Of a DNA stretch of 64,000 nt, positions 51,612 through 64,000 are shown one piece after another. The position numbers were made by a program, and so were the translations under genes. The DNA is from Octopus sinensis. Taxonomy: Eukaryota. The stretch lies in contig NC_043008.1 of assembly GCF_006345805.1 (NCBI RefSeq), forward strand, positions 56,606,001 through 56,670,000, given 5' to 3'. The notes below the pieces were generated by a model that saw nothing but the letters and a program-made list of their open reading frames with translations, was not told where the DNA came from and ran no database searches. Each line of letters opens with the position of its first letter. Positions within the stretch are counted from its first letter, which is position 1.

Positions 51612-52659
51612 CTCCCTCATTAATAACTTTGCACATATATATTTGTATATATATACACATACATACATATTTATTTATACATATGTAAATATATATATAT
51701 TCATATATATGTATATGTATGCGCCCATACACACACATACACACACACATATATGTATATGGTATATATAAACAATATAAGCACAAACAACAGAGATAAA
51801 TCGACCAGATGGATATTCATGCGTTTTGTCTGTGTGTCACAGTACTCAGTGCAATTACGGTGGTTCTGCCAAACTTTTATATCCATGATATATTAGGAAA
51901 AAAATGACATCTACAAAATTTTGTCCTTTTTAAAACCTTAATAGAAATTCTCTCGTTCGGACAGCCAATTTAGATTTATAAACGTCACCTTCTTTTGTTA
52001 TCATGTACATATGAGGATGCATATCGCACTGAAAAACATATATTTCATCAGTGTCACAGTATTTGTGTTGATTTATACAAACACACAGACATACACACAC
52101 ATATACATACGCACATATGAGTAAGACCGTATTTAATACATTTCATATCTATGGTTTGAAATCGAGTTTTTCTGACATGTACGTGTATTTGACAAAAAGA
52201 AAAATAATTACGTTATATAACTAATATACTTATGCGTATTTCCGTTTCTGCTTCCCTCTAATCGATTGGACAATACAAAAAAGACCTCCCCTTCAAAAAA
52301 AAAAAATAAATAAAAAAAAACAAAATCACTCAGACCAGCTCAGGCTTACTGAAAGCAATGTTGACATGGTTTGATATTTCATTGTTTTTTTTCATAATTA
52401 TAATTTATACATTTATTGAAATTTTTTTTTTCATGTTTAAAATATATCACCCAGGGATATCAGATATATCACATACAATTACTTTATTTTTGTTTTTTAT
52501 AGAAGATGTTATTTTTAATTTTATTTTTACGCAATACCAGCGTACAAGTATTGATGGAAAAATATGAATACGTGATATTTTCTCCTTTTTTTTTTAATCC
52601 TTTTTTTCCCTCCGAACAGAATACATCCAATTAGCAAAGCTATGAATTTTTTACAACTA

Positions 52660-53020
52660 TTATTATCATCGTTGTCGTCGTCATTTTCTTCATCATGAGT
52701 GATGGTAATGATCATCATCACGATCAACAAGATCATCATGAAAATCATCCTGATCATCTTCATCATAATCATCATCATCCTCCTGACTGCCATGATTCCC
52801 CTATCTCCTCCTCATCCTCATCACAATCACAATGATGTTCCTGATCATGATCATATATACCGACATCATCATCATCGTCGTCGTCATCGTCAACATCACC
52901 ATTGTAGTCATCGCCGATGTCATCATCATCATCGTCATCATCATCATCATCATTACCATCACCATCGTCGTCGTCGTCATCATCATCGCCCTATTATTAC
53001 TCCTTATCGCCATCATCATT
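52660..53020. repeat. Degenerate (CAT)n field
   Basis: Read directly from the sequence. Confidence 0.93.
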
Positions 53021-53929
53021 TTCTTTTCATACTATAATTATTTTCACTATAAATTTCACGATATTTATTAGTAAGCAAAAAAAAAACAATCAATAGATAA
53101 AATAAATAAATAAATAAATAAACAAATAATAAATAATAAAAATGACAGAGCAAAACCTAGTCATTTAGAATACTGCTGACAGGAGATCATGTTGAAAAAA
53201 ACCCTATAAAAATGGGATTGCATTGATCCTGAGTAATTTTCATTCCAAAATTTAGTGAGTTTCACAACCAATATTTCCTGTTATACGACGGACATCTGTC
53301 GTATTTATTACTGTTTTCTATAATGACATATATTCGTATATGGACACACAATTTATTTCTTGTGAGAAAAATATGTACCAATGAAGATATATGTGTGTGT
53401 ACGTGTGTGTTGACGTCATAAAAATTTTTATAAATTTCGAGATGATAAACATTTCGTTTGCGGATCAGTTAATCTTGGATCAGATAAATCTATAAATAAT
53501 TCTATGTGAATATTGTGTTAAAATCCATTTGGATAGAAAAAAGTTTGCAGATGTGAGTTTCTATCCCAAGGTCAACCTTCGACTTCCATTCAGTGATTTT
53601 TGAAGCGAACATTTATAAAAAGATACAAGGAAAAGATAGAATTCAGGAGTTTAAGAGTTTATCAGGGGAGACACATATATCGGTTTCAAATTTTGGCATA
53701 AGGTCAGCAATTTTAGTGGAGAGGTGGTGCAGTCGATTACATCGAGCCAAGTGTTCACCAGGTACTTATTTCATTGACCCGGAAAGGATGAAAGGTACAG
53801 TCGAGCTCGGCGAAACTTGAACTCAGAATGTAAAGATGGACGAAATGATAGGTGTACTAATACTCTCCCAGCTCGTTCCTTTGGGGAGACATGTTGATAT
53901 GAAGGAAGTACAAAACTGTAATCTCCGTC

Positions 53930-54540
53930 ATTGTAGGATCCTCCAATTTTGTTGTAGTTGTAGCACTCCAGATATTTTTGATGCCCCTGGAAGTCCTCAA
54001 AAGCGATAATGTCCTGGATCCTTGTATGACCTCCTTCATCTTCAAAACAACTTCTACTGGGGTTCTCGTTCAGTTTATGGAAACAAACAAAAATCAGAGA
54101 GTACAACGTCTGGAAAGTAGGAGTGTGAGAGCCAGTATTGATGCCCATTTTTATCAAGTACTAGTTTACTAGGATGCTTGGCAGTGGGAATCCTGGGAAC
54201 AATCTTTACACAAATTTTGCGTAATTTTGCGCATGTTCAGTTCTTCATGAATAATTCTGTGTACAGCCTCCACACTAACTGAACACTAAATGCTGAATTC
54301 TTACCGTCTTTATAGACGGCTTTCATCCAGAAAATTGAGAATATTCTCAACCAGCTCGTATGTTTGCAAGCCTTTCTCTTTCTCACACCTCTCAGCGTCT
54401 CTCATTTCCTCTCTACATTCCTTGAATCTCTCGTGTCAGCCAAGAACTTAATCCATAATCAGTCTGAAGCATTTCATGAGTTTATGTAACGTTTTTCTCC
54501 CCAGTTTAACGGAGAACCTTACTGCATAGCGAGCTTCCAT
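53930..54540 (-). pseudogene. Internally deleted mariner transposase remnant
   Basis: Manual translation gives MEARYAVRFSVKLG, HERFKECREEMRDAERC, VSVEAVHRIIHEELNMRKI, YLIKMGINT...PDVVLSDFCLF and EDFQG..KYLECYN, all mariner HTH or catalytic-domain pieces. Confidence 0.8.
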
Positions 54541-56068
54541 CCCAACTGCATTCTACAAACTAATCATCTATGGCAAGCAGTGCTTAGTAGCCGCCTCTTT
54601 TAATATGGGAGTTGGTAGGTCAGCTAATTAGATATATACTATATATATATATATAATATACATACTAAAATTACATTAATCGAGGTCTGTTATAACTTCC
54701 CCTCCAACAAAGGCCTGAACATTTCTGGAAATCTTGTATTTATAGCTACGTCTGCATCGCATCTTACACACATACACACACACACGCAAACATACACCTA
54801 CATATACCCAACAACAAGAGATATATAATAAAAAAAACTGCAAAAAGTTAAATTATTATGACTTCCTATACACCATCAACATTGCTAAAATAAACGCGAC
54901 AAAAACACATATAACACTTTACTCGAAACGCTTTTACGAATTATACATATTTTCAGAAGGATTCACAATCCTGTAACTTCAAAGCTGGTTTAATAGTTAT
55001 ATCGTTGACGTAAATTTAATGTATGCGCTGTCATATTAATGAGACCTTTGGTGATTTCCCGATAGCTCAGTTATTCCAACTGGAGATCTGTTGTCTCACC
55101 TAAATTGATTTACTGTTTACAAATGTTCTCCATTTATTTTCATTATAGATAAAAGAAAATGTGTTTCGACTAATGAAGTGAATCCCTTAAAAGCTATAAA
55201 AGTCTCAGCATTCCCCTCACAAACATAGTAAACAGAATATGTCTTAGCACGCGGTAGCATAGTTATTAATTTCAAGTAAATTTCACCCAAATATTCTACT
55301 AATAGCAACAGGTGTTGCAGGAATTATCGCATCAAACTCAATAGTAATCAACAAATAAACAATAACATTTTTGAGTATCGAAAAATCTCTGAAAACAAAG
55401 TTAATCAATAATATTTTTTTTTTTACCAGTCTCTGACTATTCAAAGTTCTGAAATATTTTTTCAATATGAAATAAATATATATTACACGCGATTGAACTG
55501 ATGAAAATACCAGGAATAATGGTAGGTGGTAGATAAATAAATGATACACGCTACAAGCCAGTTTTCGTACATACACTAACAACATTGATTCCGCCTTGCT
55601 CTTTGAATATGCAGTGTTGTGCGCATGCTTGCCTGAATGTGAATACATATGTACGAGCATGCCCACGTATATTTACATAGGAGTATGCATGTATGCATGC
55701 ACATATCTATGCAAACATGTTTTGTACACGCATATGATTGGATATTGGAAAGTGACCCACACACACAAATATATATATATATATATATAAATATATATAC
55801 AATTAGATAGATACATACATACATGCATATTCATATATATATATATTATATATATATATATAGAAACGTATATGTGCATATATCCATATAAATATATATA
55901 TATGTGAGTGTGCGCGTATATCCATATATATATATATATATATTTAAAAAGCAGCAAAGAAATTATAAAAAGCTTTTGTGATATCTTTGCTATTTTTTTA
56001 ATAAAGTATATTACTCCGGTATTCGAGTAGTATTTTTCAACTTGGTTCGCATTTGTATGCTTATTTTG

Positions 56069-56128
<60 letters not shown>

Positions 56129-56204
56129 TATATATACATACATACATACATACATACGTACATACATACATACATACATACATACATGCAGATATACATA
56201 TATC

Positions 56205-56291
56205 TCCCTGGTGACTATTTAGCTATTTTTTCCGTGTTAATTTACAAGGGAAAAATACACTTATGTATGTATGTATGTATGTATATATCTA

Positions 56292-56377
<86 letters not shown>

Positions 56378-56439
56378 TGTGTGTATTTTTCCATTGTTTA
56401 AAATTAACACGGAAAAGATAGATAAATAGTTACCAGGGA
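56205..56439. repeat. Foldback element: about 57-bp TIRs around a self-complementary microsatellite core
   Basis: Arms at 56205-56260 and 56381-56439; core (TATG)n(CT)n(TA)n(GA)n. Confidence 0.85.
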
Positions 56440-57222
56440 AAAGTATTTGAATAATACCTGCGGTTAACTCCATGCTACCAAGAATTCACAACGACCTCGA
56501 ATCCACAAGAGTAAACAAGAGAGACAGAGACAGGCAGAAAGAAGGAAATGCCACTTGTATTTAAACACTTGTATTTAAACGCAAATATTCTTTAAAAAGA
56601 AACTTTTCTTGTAATTTTTCCAAAATTCAATTGTCTTCCATACTTACAGTTGAAAAAGTCACAATGACTGAAACCGGTACTGAAATACTTTTTATAAAAT
56701 TACTTTAGCATTTTCTATCTTTACTTTTTTTTCCATATATATATATATATATATATATACACACCATGGCATCTCGCCAATATCTAACAGAACCGATCCT
56801 CCTTCAAACATCTCACAGATTTTCCTGATTATTATACTCTCTATTCCCCGTGGTACAACAAATTGGATACCTACATCATTTCCTCTAATTATCAAGTTCT
56901 TTAGTTTCAAACCGCATCTCACGGATGTTTTGAAATGCGTCATCATTAATGATTCCGCGGTAACAAGGTTTTTGTGTCTGTCGACACCAGACTCCATCGT
57001 CCAGGTCTGATCAGCTTCCAGCTTACATCCGGTTAGAAGTACCCCACTTGATTGTACTCATTATTGAAAGCCAACTACTGGTATTTTATCGAAAACCATC
57101 TAGTGGCCATTTATCCAAAGACAACTAGTAGCCTTTTAGCGAAAGCCAACTAGTTACCTTTTAGAAAGCTTCAGTAATGAAATTTATAGCTCCCCCTCTT
57201 TGCTGTGCTTGTTTATGCACAG

Positions 57223-57427
57223 CTCTACCAGCTTCCGACATTCGGCAAGTTCCAATTTGTGAGCTACTCCATATGTTCTTTCCATGACACACTCAGTTCC
57301 CACGTAATCACCTGCTTACTGGAATTTGTGAAGATCAATATCTGGGCGGAGTTTTGCTGCTACGATGTAATTTAGGAACTTATACTTGTCCACGAGATCC
57401 AATATCATTTGCACGTCTGAGGCTATG
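57223..57427 (-). pseudogene. HERO/NeSL-like restriction-like endonuclease remnant
   Basis: Reads ASDVQMILDLVDKYKFLNYIVAAKLRPDIDL, then after a frameshift SSKQVITWELSVSWKEHME and AHKLELAECRKLVE, fitting the LRPDI..K.V..EL.V.WE pattern. Confidence 0.72.
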
Positions 57428-57872
57428 AAAATAACGTTTAATATATCTTCTATGCTGTATTTTGTAATCACCGGATATAGTTTAACCTAAATTAGGATTA
57501 ATTAATAACATTACTTAAATTTTACTATTTAAACATTTAACTATTGAGTTGGTGTATTATGGAAAAGAGATAATACAAGTACTTTCTTGTACCAGATGGA
57601 AAGAATAACACGATACTGAGTTCAGATTTAAACATTGAAAATAATGAAAGTATAAACGTTTCGGTTTCTAAAGATGAGGTTAATAACAAGAAAATTTATA
57701 CGGAGAACTTGCTTTTGATGTACAGGTATGTAACATATGGAGCATGGTTAATAATCAACGATTTAAACAAGTGTAAACAGAATAGAAAACAACTTGATAA
57801 GCCCAACAGGCTTCAGAATTCAAAGAGTACATCTTAAATCCGAATACAAAGTAACATGTTTTAGTTAGTAGT

Positions 57873-57921
<49 letters not shown>

Positions 57922-57922
<1 letters not shown>

Positions 57923-58477
57923 TGCCCTGATGCAGTACCAGGCAGTGGCTCTCATGGCTTCTGATCTTAACTGATTGGAAGTGTTATCGTGTACATTGTT
58001 TTGTCTTGGTATAAAAGATGGGCTACAGCAAATATTCTGCTCAATACCACAGATTTGCTTGTCAGTTGTTTGACCTTAACCAGTTGAGCATGTCCCTTAG
58101 TGGCTGACGATATGTGCATCTCTGACCACGAGCAGAAGTAGTGGGGGAGCATCATAGCCATGTGTTGAGAGGGATTCTTTGGGGTTTGAATAATTTACCT
58201 CTGGAAACATGGGTGGTTCTTTCAACATCCTTAAACAACCCTTATTCAGGGACCTTTTGAGCGGGATGGGCTACTCAACCTGAAGAAATTTCTAACTGGG
58301 CCCCACCTGCAAGGTCATGTGCTGTTTATCTTGATATGAGATCACCATGTCGCGCACATATGGTTGTGATGCATGTGCCTGGTGTACCCTTATCAGACGG
58401 GTAGTCATGATGGGTATATTGGGCTTCGTATATTTTACCCCAGTGTCACTTTGATGGCATGAACTGCTCTCTCACTC
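57922..58477 (+). mobile_element. About 556-bp non-coding insert flanked by (AAT)n on both sides
   Basis: A GC-richer block with sharp boundaries inside an AAT microsatellite and no long ORF. Strand is assumed from the AAT tail. Confidence 0.6.
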
Positions 58478-58746
58478 AATAATAATAATAATGATGATGA
58501 TAATGATAATGATGATGATGATGATGATGATAATAATAATAATAATAATAGTAATAATAATAATAATAATTTCGGAACCAGGCCAGCAATTTCAGCGGGG
58601 TGGTATCGTCGATTATATCAACTATATATACATATATAAACATAACTATAAATGTATGCATATATGTTTGATTCAACTATGTATTCCATACACACACACA
58701 CACACACTAACATAAGTATATGAGTGCGTGTGCCAAAATTTGAAAC

Positions 58747-58786
<40 letters not shown>

Positions 58787-58859
58787 GTTGTTGTTGTTGT
58801 TGTTGTAGTTGTTGTTACTCTACTGCTTCATAATTTAGATAACAGGTATTTTATCTTGA

Positions 58860-59720
58860 CATTTGGTGGCAACAAAATCCCTCGTATATAGAAAATCTCC
58901 CTTAAGATTCGTGCAGAATATTGGATGGTGAATGGACAGGGTGACAATGCGAATTTCAATTCTAATCTCTGTTCGTCTTTTAGCTAGCGTTTTTGCAAAT
59001 GCATCAATAATTATCTTGGTCTTCCACAAACTCCTCAGATTTCTGACTAGACCCTGATCTTTCAAAATTTCTTAAAATTTATTTGGTGTCAACTCTGCTA
59101 TCATATGAAATAGCAAAATCTATGATCTTACAGTTTGTTTCTTTTGGCTTCTATGATAATATCTGATGCTCTTGCTTCAATAGTATTGTAAGTCCGTATG
59201 AGGTTTTGTAATTCTCATTTTCAATCACATCCTCTAGTACGTGTTCATACCACTTTTCTGTTGTTTTGAAGGAACACGCTCGGCTAACGTCTCAATGCAC
59301 TATTTTGCCTACACAGTGGTGTCTGGGTTTATATTCTTTTCCTCCTATCATACTGCACTCACTCAAAAACTGATTGATACCTTCGTCTCCTTTCCTGCAG
59401 ATTCTACGTTTACTGTCCCACTGCATTTTGTCGATCTTTTCCTATATCATATTTATTTTAAGGACTTGTTCCTGAGCGGATATCATTATTTTTCTGTCAC
59501 TTGTATGAAACTCCCATCCGTCAACCAGAGCCAGAGGAGAAAAGATACATCGAATATTCTCGGTTTGTTGCAGAAATTTCCATTTGATCTGCAGTTCTAC
59601 TTTTTCCCTTTGAATTCACCTACTCTTTCGGTCTCTTTTTGGGTATTTCTGGCTTCCGATAGAATTCTTTGCACAGCATAATTTTTCAAACCCGGCATCG
59701 CAGTCCTAACAGTTTCTTCT
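58860..59720 (-). pseudogene. R4/Dong-like non-LTR retrotransposon 3' remnant (zinc knuckle plus restriction-like endonuclease)
   Basis: Translation gives ISAQEQVLKIN..KIDK..SKRRICRK..SEC..KEYKPRHHCVGKIVH*..KWYEHVLEDVIENENYK, SDIII and CKIIDFA. The 3' end runs into (AAC)n(AAT)n at about 58748-58815. Confidence 0.85.
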
Positions 59721-59833
59721 ACGTTTAATAATCTTCTGCCACATTTCCTCCACGGTAGGTAGAGTTAGTTGCTATTAATTTTCGGTTGGGGTACGCTCTG
59801 CATTGTGAGAAGCTATAGTTATTATTATTGTTA

Positions 59834-59865
<32 letters not shown>

Positions 59866-59989
59866 TTATTATTATTATTATTATTATTATTTTATTTTTA
59901 TTATTAATATTGTTGTTGTTGTTGTTGGTGGTGTTGTTGTTGGTGTTGTTCTTGTGCTTTTTGTTGTTGAAGTTATCGTCTTCATTAAT

Positions 59990-60160
59990 TATAGAGATTA
60001 CAAGCAAGAACTTTACAGATCTCATATTCCAAATTCTCTCAATCCCAAATTTTAAGGGAATGTATCTTCTTAACGTTTCCTTTTCTTTCTCCATGGTCTT
60101 CAAATCAAACGAAGAGGATGGATTAATCGGGAAGCAACTTCGCTTGTCCTTCTCTATGAA
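59990..60160 (-). pseudogene. Second R4/Dong-like endonuclease fragment
   Basis: Reads EKDKRSCFPIN..FDLKTMEKEKETLRRYIPLKFGIERIWNMRSVKFLLVIS and is embedded between (AAT)n and (AAC)n tracts. Confidence 0.65.
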
Positions 60161-60161
60161 A

Positions 60162-60195
<34 letters not shown>

Positions 60196-60490
60196 TATTA
60201 TTATTATTATTATTATTATTATCATTATTATTATTATTATTATTACTGTTCAACAGTAATTATTGTCGTTACGGATATACTTTACGGTCAGACGCTATTC
60301 ACTAGACCGCATCTTCAAGCATAATAATACAAAGGACAGATAAACATGAAACAAGGAATCCATTGACATCCAAAAATATTTGAGAGTAATAGAAGACATA
60401 GAGAAAAGCTATTTACAAAATGACTGCGTTAGATTCAGTAAAATTCAGGGAGGGGGAAAACAACAGCAACACGCACACAGGATGTTGCGT

Positions 60491-60540
<50 letters not shown>

Positions 60541-61299
60541 AAGAGAGAGAGAGAGAAGGGAGGGAGATAGAGAGAAAGAGCGACAGAAATACACAATGAC
60601 AGGCAATGAGGCAGATAGACAGAAAGAGTAAGAGGGAGAGGGCAGAAAGACAGACAGACAGCAAGAAAGACTAAACAAGACGACGTAAATATAATATTCA
60701 TAATTGTATCAGATTTCATATATAGAAGTTATTCGTTAATTGAAGTTTTTTCTGCTTGAAGCCTGTTTACATATTTTCATGTCACGAAAGCATAGGGCAG
60801 TAAGGCGCAGTTTCTGTAATGGGAACTTGCACTTCATAGTATTTATAATTAATTCCATCTCTTAATATTTTGTGGTTTATTTTCTGTATTCGGTGCTATG
60901 AACACGGCACTATTGCGCCTAAATAACAGTTATTAATGTTATATACATTATATTTAACAGACATAGATTTCTTATAGCTGTATGTATGTATATACTTATA
61001 CATACATACATACATACATAACTATATACATAAATATTCATACATTCATTTATATACATACATCCATATATATACATATATACATGAAAAACATAGAAAC
61101 ATACATACACATATGTACACATATCTATATCTATACACACACACACACATATATATACACACATATACATATATGTGTGGGTGTGTGTGTGTGTGTGTAT
61201 GATGCATACAAATATTTCTTTCAACAGGACTTGCGTCGTTCTACTTTTTAAAGTTTTTATGTTAATAATTTTGAATTTCAGAAAATCGTTTCTCAAATA

Positions 61300-61442
61300 A
61301 TATAATATACTTACATATATATGTATATATTTGTGTCCATTTTATACACTCTTACTTTACACACACATAAACACAACACAAACATGTAAATCCACATAGA
61401 GATGAGCAACTTTACTTTGATATATATATTAATATATATTTG

Positions 61443-61494
<52 letters not shown>

Positions 61495-61608
61495 TATATA
61501 CTCATATATATATATATACATATATATATACTCATATATATACTCATATATATATGTGTGTGTGTGTGTATATATATTCATATATATTTGTAGATATATG
61601 TAAATATT

Positions 61609-61647
<39 letters not shown>

Positions 61648-61666
61648 TTGTATATATATATATTTG

Positions 61667-61697
<31 letters not shown>

Positions 61698-61795
61698 TTC
61701 TATATATATATGCATATGCATATATATATATATTTGAATATATATTTGTATATATATATATATTTGCATATATGTATATATATGTATATATATTA
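61300..61795. repeat. Degenerate (TA)n field
   Basis: Read directly from the sequence. Confidence 0.95.
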
Positions 61796-62510
61796 CTGTT
61801 TTTTGCTTTTGTCGTTTTTCTTTCTCACCGAAGAAAGTAACTTAGTGACACCAAATGATGTTCTCAAGATGAAAAAAAATTTGGAAAAGGAAAAATATTC
61901 ATTTCGATTAAATGATTTAAACACAGTTTTTTTGCTGTCAATGTTGTTTTGATTTTTGACATTTTGTTTATTGCTGAATCTTTCAGCAGTTTACAACCTT
62001 TTATTTGATGAATATATTATTGATTCTGATTGTGTTGCTCTCCTTTTTCTGATTGTATTGTCATCATTATTATTATTATTATTATTGTTGTTGTTGTTAT
62101 CATTGTTGCGATGTTTGTTTTTGTTTTTTTGTTGTTGTTATTGTTATTGTTGTTATCATTCTTATTTTCTGTTACCGTTGTATTTTTATGTTTCTCATTT
62201 ATTGCTGCTGTCGTTGGTATTCGTGTCACAGACATACAATGGTTTTTGAGATATCCACGTATTTTGTCGTAGCGAGGATTTCGAATGTGATGGTGGTGAT
62301 ATGTCATTCATCTGACTACCTAATATTCCTCGTTCTTGTTATTTTTGTGAAGACACCGCCAATACGTTCACTGTGATCGATGGTTGCGATTGATGGTGTT
62401 GTAATGTTATTGGGATTCTCATAGAATTTATATTTCATATACTTTTATTTAATTTACCTCCTTCAATTTCAGAACGTAAAACATACACATGTTTCAGGAA
62501 GCCACAGTTA

Positions 62511-62674
62511 TTACAGTTCAACATCATGATCGTCAAACTCATTTCCAAGACTATCTAAAGTTTGTGTACTAACACTGTGTCCGTTAAAACTTTGTGTCTG
62601 TGTAGCATTTGTTGATCGGCTGTAGAGACTGCTGAATGAGCTGGAACGCTTCAGACGCTGCGTCATTTCTACCT
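62511..62674 (-). CDS. Candidate terminal coding exon of an unidentified gene
   Basis: Strong acceptor GTTTTTTTTCTCTTCCTTTTCTCAG|, then an open phase-1 frame VEMTQRLKRSSSFSSLYSRSTNATQTQSFNGHSVSTQTLDSLGNEFDDHDVEL*. Non-repetitive and GC-richer than its flanks, with AATAAA at 62444-62449. No homology recognised. Confidence 0.42.
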
Positions 62675-62923
62675 CTGAGAAAAGGAAGAGAAAAAAAACA
62701 GCTTTAAAACATATATAGACTGTTTAGTCAAATCGGTACGAGGCAAACATCATTGATCGAGAAAATTTTGAGGATGCTGTCACTCTTTTTATTACCCCAC
62801 TTATTGCAAAAGTCTAAGAAGCATTGTCTCAACCAAAAAAAAAATAAATTGACCAGAAGAACATGAGAAAATATCCGTTCCTTGTAAACCTTGCTTTTAG
62901 ATTTGCACCCTATTGAAAATATA

Positions 62924-63221
62924 TACTCTTTACGCTTTTTTACTTGTTTCAGTCATTTGACTGCGGCCATGCTGGAGCACTGCCTTTAGTCGAGCGATGT
63001 TGGGCTGACACACACACACCCACACATACACATACACACATATGTAAATACATATAAACGACGGGCTTCTTTCAATTTCCGGCTACCAAATCCACTCACA
63101 AGGCTTTGGTCAGCCCGTGGCTATAGTGGAAGACACTTGCCCAAGCTACCACGCAGTGGAACTGAACCAGGAACCATGTGGTTGGTAAGCAAATGCTTAC
63201 CACACAGCCACTCCTACGCCT
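62924..63221 (-). mobile_element. SINE family B with an internal deletion
   Basis: Tail and head are intact; the middle of the 3' half is missing. Confidence 0.85.
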
Positions 63222-63742
63222 ATACGAATAAGAATATAATTATCATCATTTTTGTTGTTTAGAACCAGATTAATCATAATGGCGGTTTAACACCGCAAGG
63301 CGTTCCAGCTTTGATCACGCTTTCCTTCTATCAAAAAATCTTGACTTACTCTATTCAATATTTCATTCTTTTCTTAAGTTCGAGTAGTTTGGTTCGAATT
63401 AGGTTTGTCTGCTCTCTCAGATCCTTCATTGTAAATCTGATGAACTGGTCTTTCATTTTCATTAGCCCCCCCATAAAGTTACCCTCCCCACCTCAATTCC
63501 TTCTAGACTTTTTCCACTCTTATTATCTGTAGAGAATGCCATTCCAATCCTACCGGGAAAAAAGAAAATATTTGCTGAAAACAGAGACTTGTGTTGAGTG
63601 ATTGCAGCAGAATGGAATCACGTAAAGACACACAAGGTGGTGTTGAACCGGGTGGCTGGTTAAGTCTCTGAGGAAAGTGGGTCATGGCGCGATTTGAACT
63701 CAGAATGGAAGAAAGCGGGAAATATGCGGTAAGACATTAACC

Positions 63743-63935
63743 AAGAAGAAGGAGGAGGAGGAGGGAAAGAAGAAGAAGGAGGATGAGGAGGAGGGGGAGG
63801 GGAAGAATAAGAAGAATAAGAAGAAGGAGAAGGAGGAGGGGAAGGAGAAGAAGAAGAAGAAGAAGAAGAAGAAGGAGAAGAAGAAGAAGAAGAGAAGAAG
63901 AAGAAGAAGAAGGTGGTGGAGGAGGAGGAGGAGGG
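63743..63935 (+). repeat. (GAA)n/(GGA)n polypurine tract
   Basis: Read directly from the sequence. Confidence 0.95.
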
Positions 63936-64000
63936 GCCTTATCTGTACAATTATCAAACTTATGGTGTACTTCAGAACTAAAGAAATCACGCTTTGATTT

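Noticed and set aside
56692-56997. 101-aa non-repetitive ORF on the minus strand
   Set aside because: No motif recognised, and it runs into a TA repeat. It is more likely decayed TE or chance.
63340-63560. Minus-strand open frames that might be the exon upstream of 62674
   Set aside because: Stops and phase mismatches prevent a consistent splice model unless an assembly error in the G7 run is assumed.

Overview
AT-rich, microsatellite-saturated animal genomic DNA. The repeat families look like Octopus (coleoid cephalopod); this is recognition from memory, not a database result. There is no complete protein-coding gene, and almost every ORF in the supplied track is a translated microsatellite. 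The window contains: (i) more than 30 tRNA-headed SINE copies in several modular families, some with clear target-site duplications (TSDs); (ii) a near-intact IR/DR-type Tc1 (DD34E) transposon at 23913-25524, three decayed mariner-type transposases and several TA-flanked MITEs or foldback hairpins; (iii) decayed non-LTR retrotransposon fragments (R4/Dong-like and HERO-like restriction-like endonuclease, RTE-like RT) and a Penelope-like GIY-YIG remnant; (iv) one plausible terminal exon on the minus strand (62511-62674). The most notable signal is a set of hammerhead-ribozyme motifs from at least four unrelated repeat families. The best is a complete extended type I hammerhead (32132-32195) inside a 176-bp element bounded by 19-bp inverted repeats and TA dinucleotides. 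All alignments and folds were done by eye; nothing was computed or searched.
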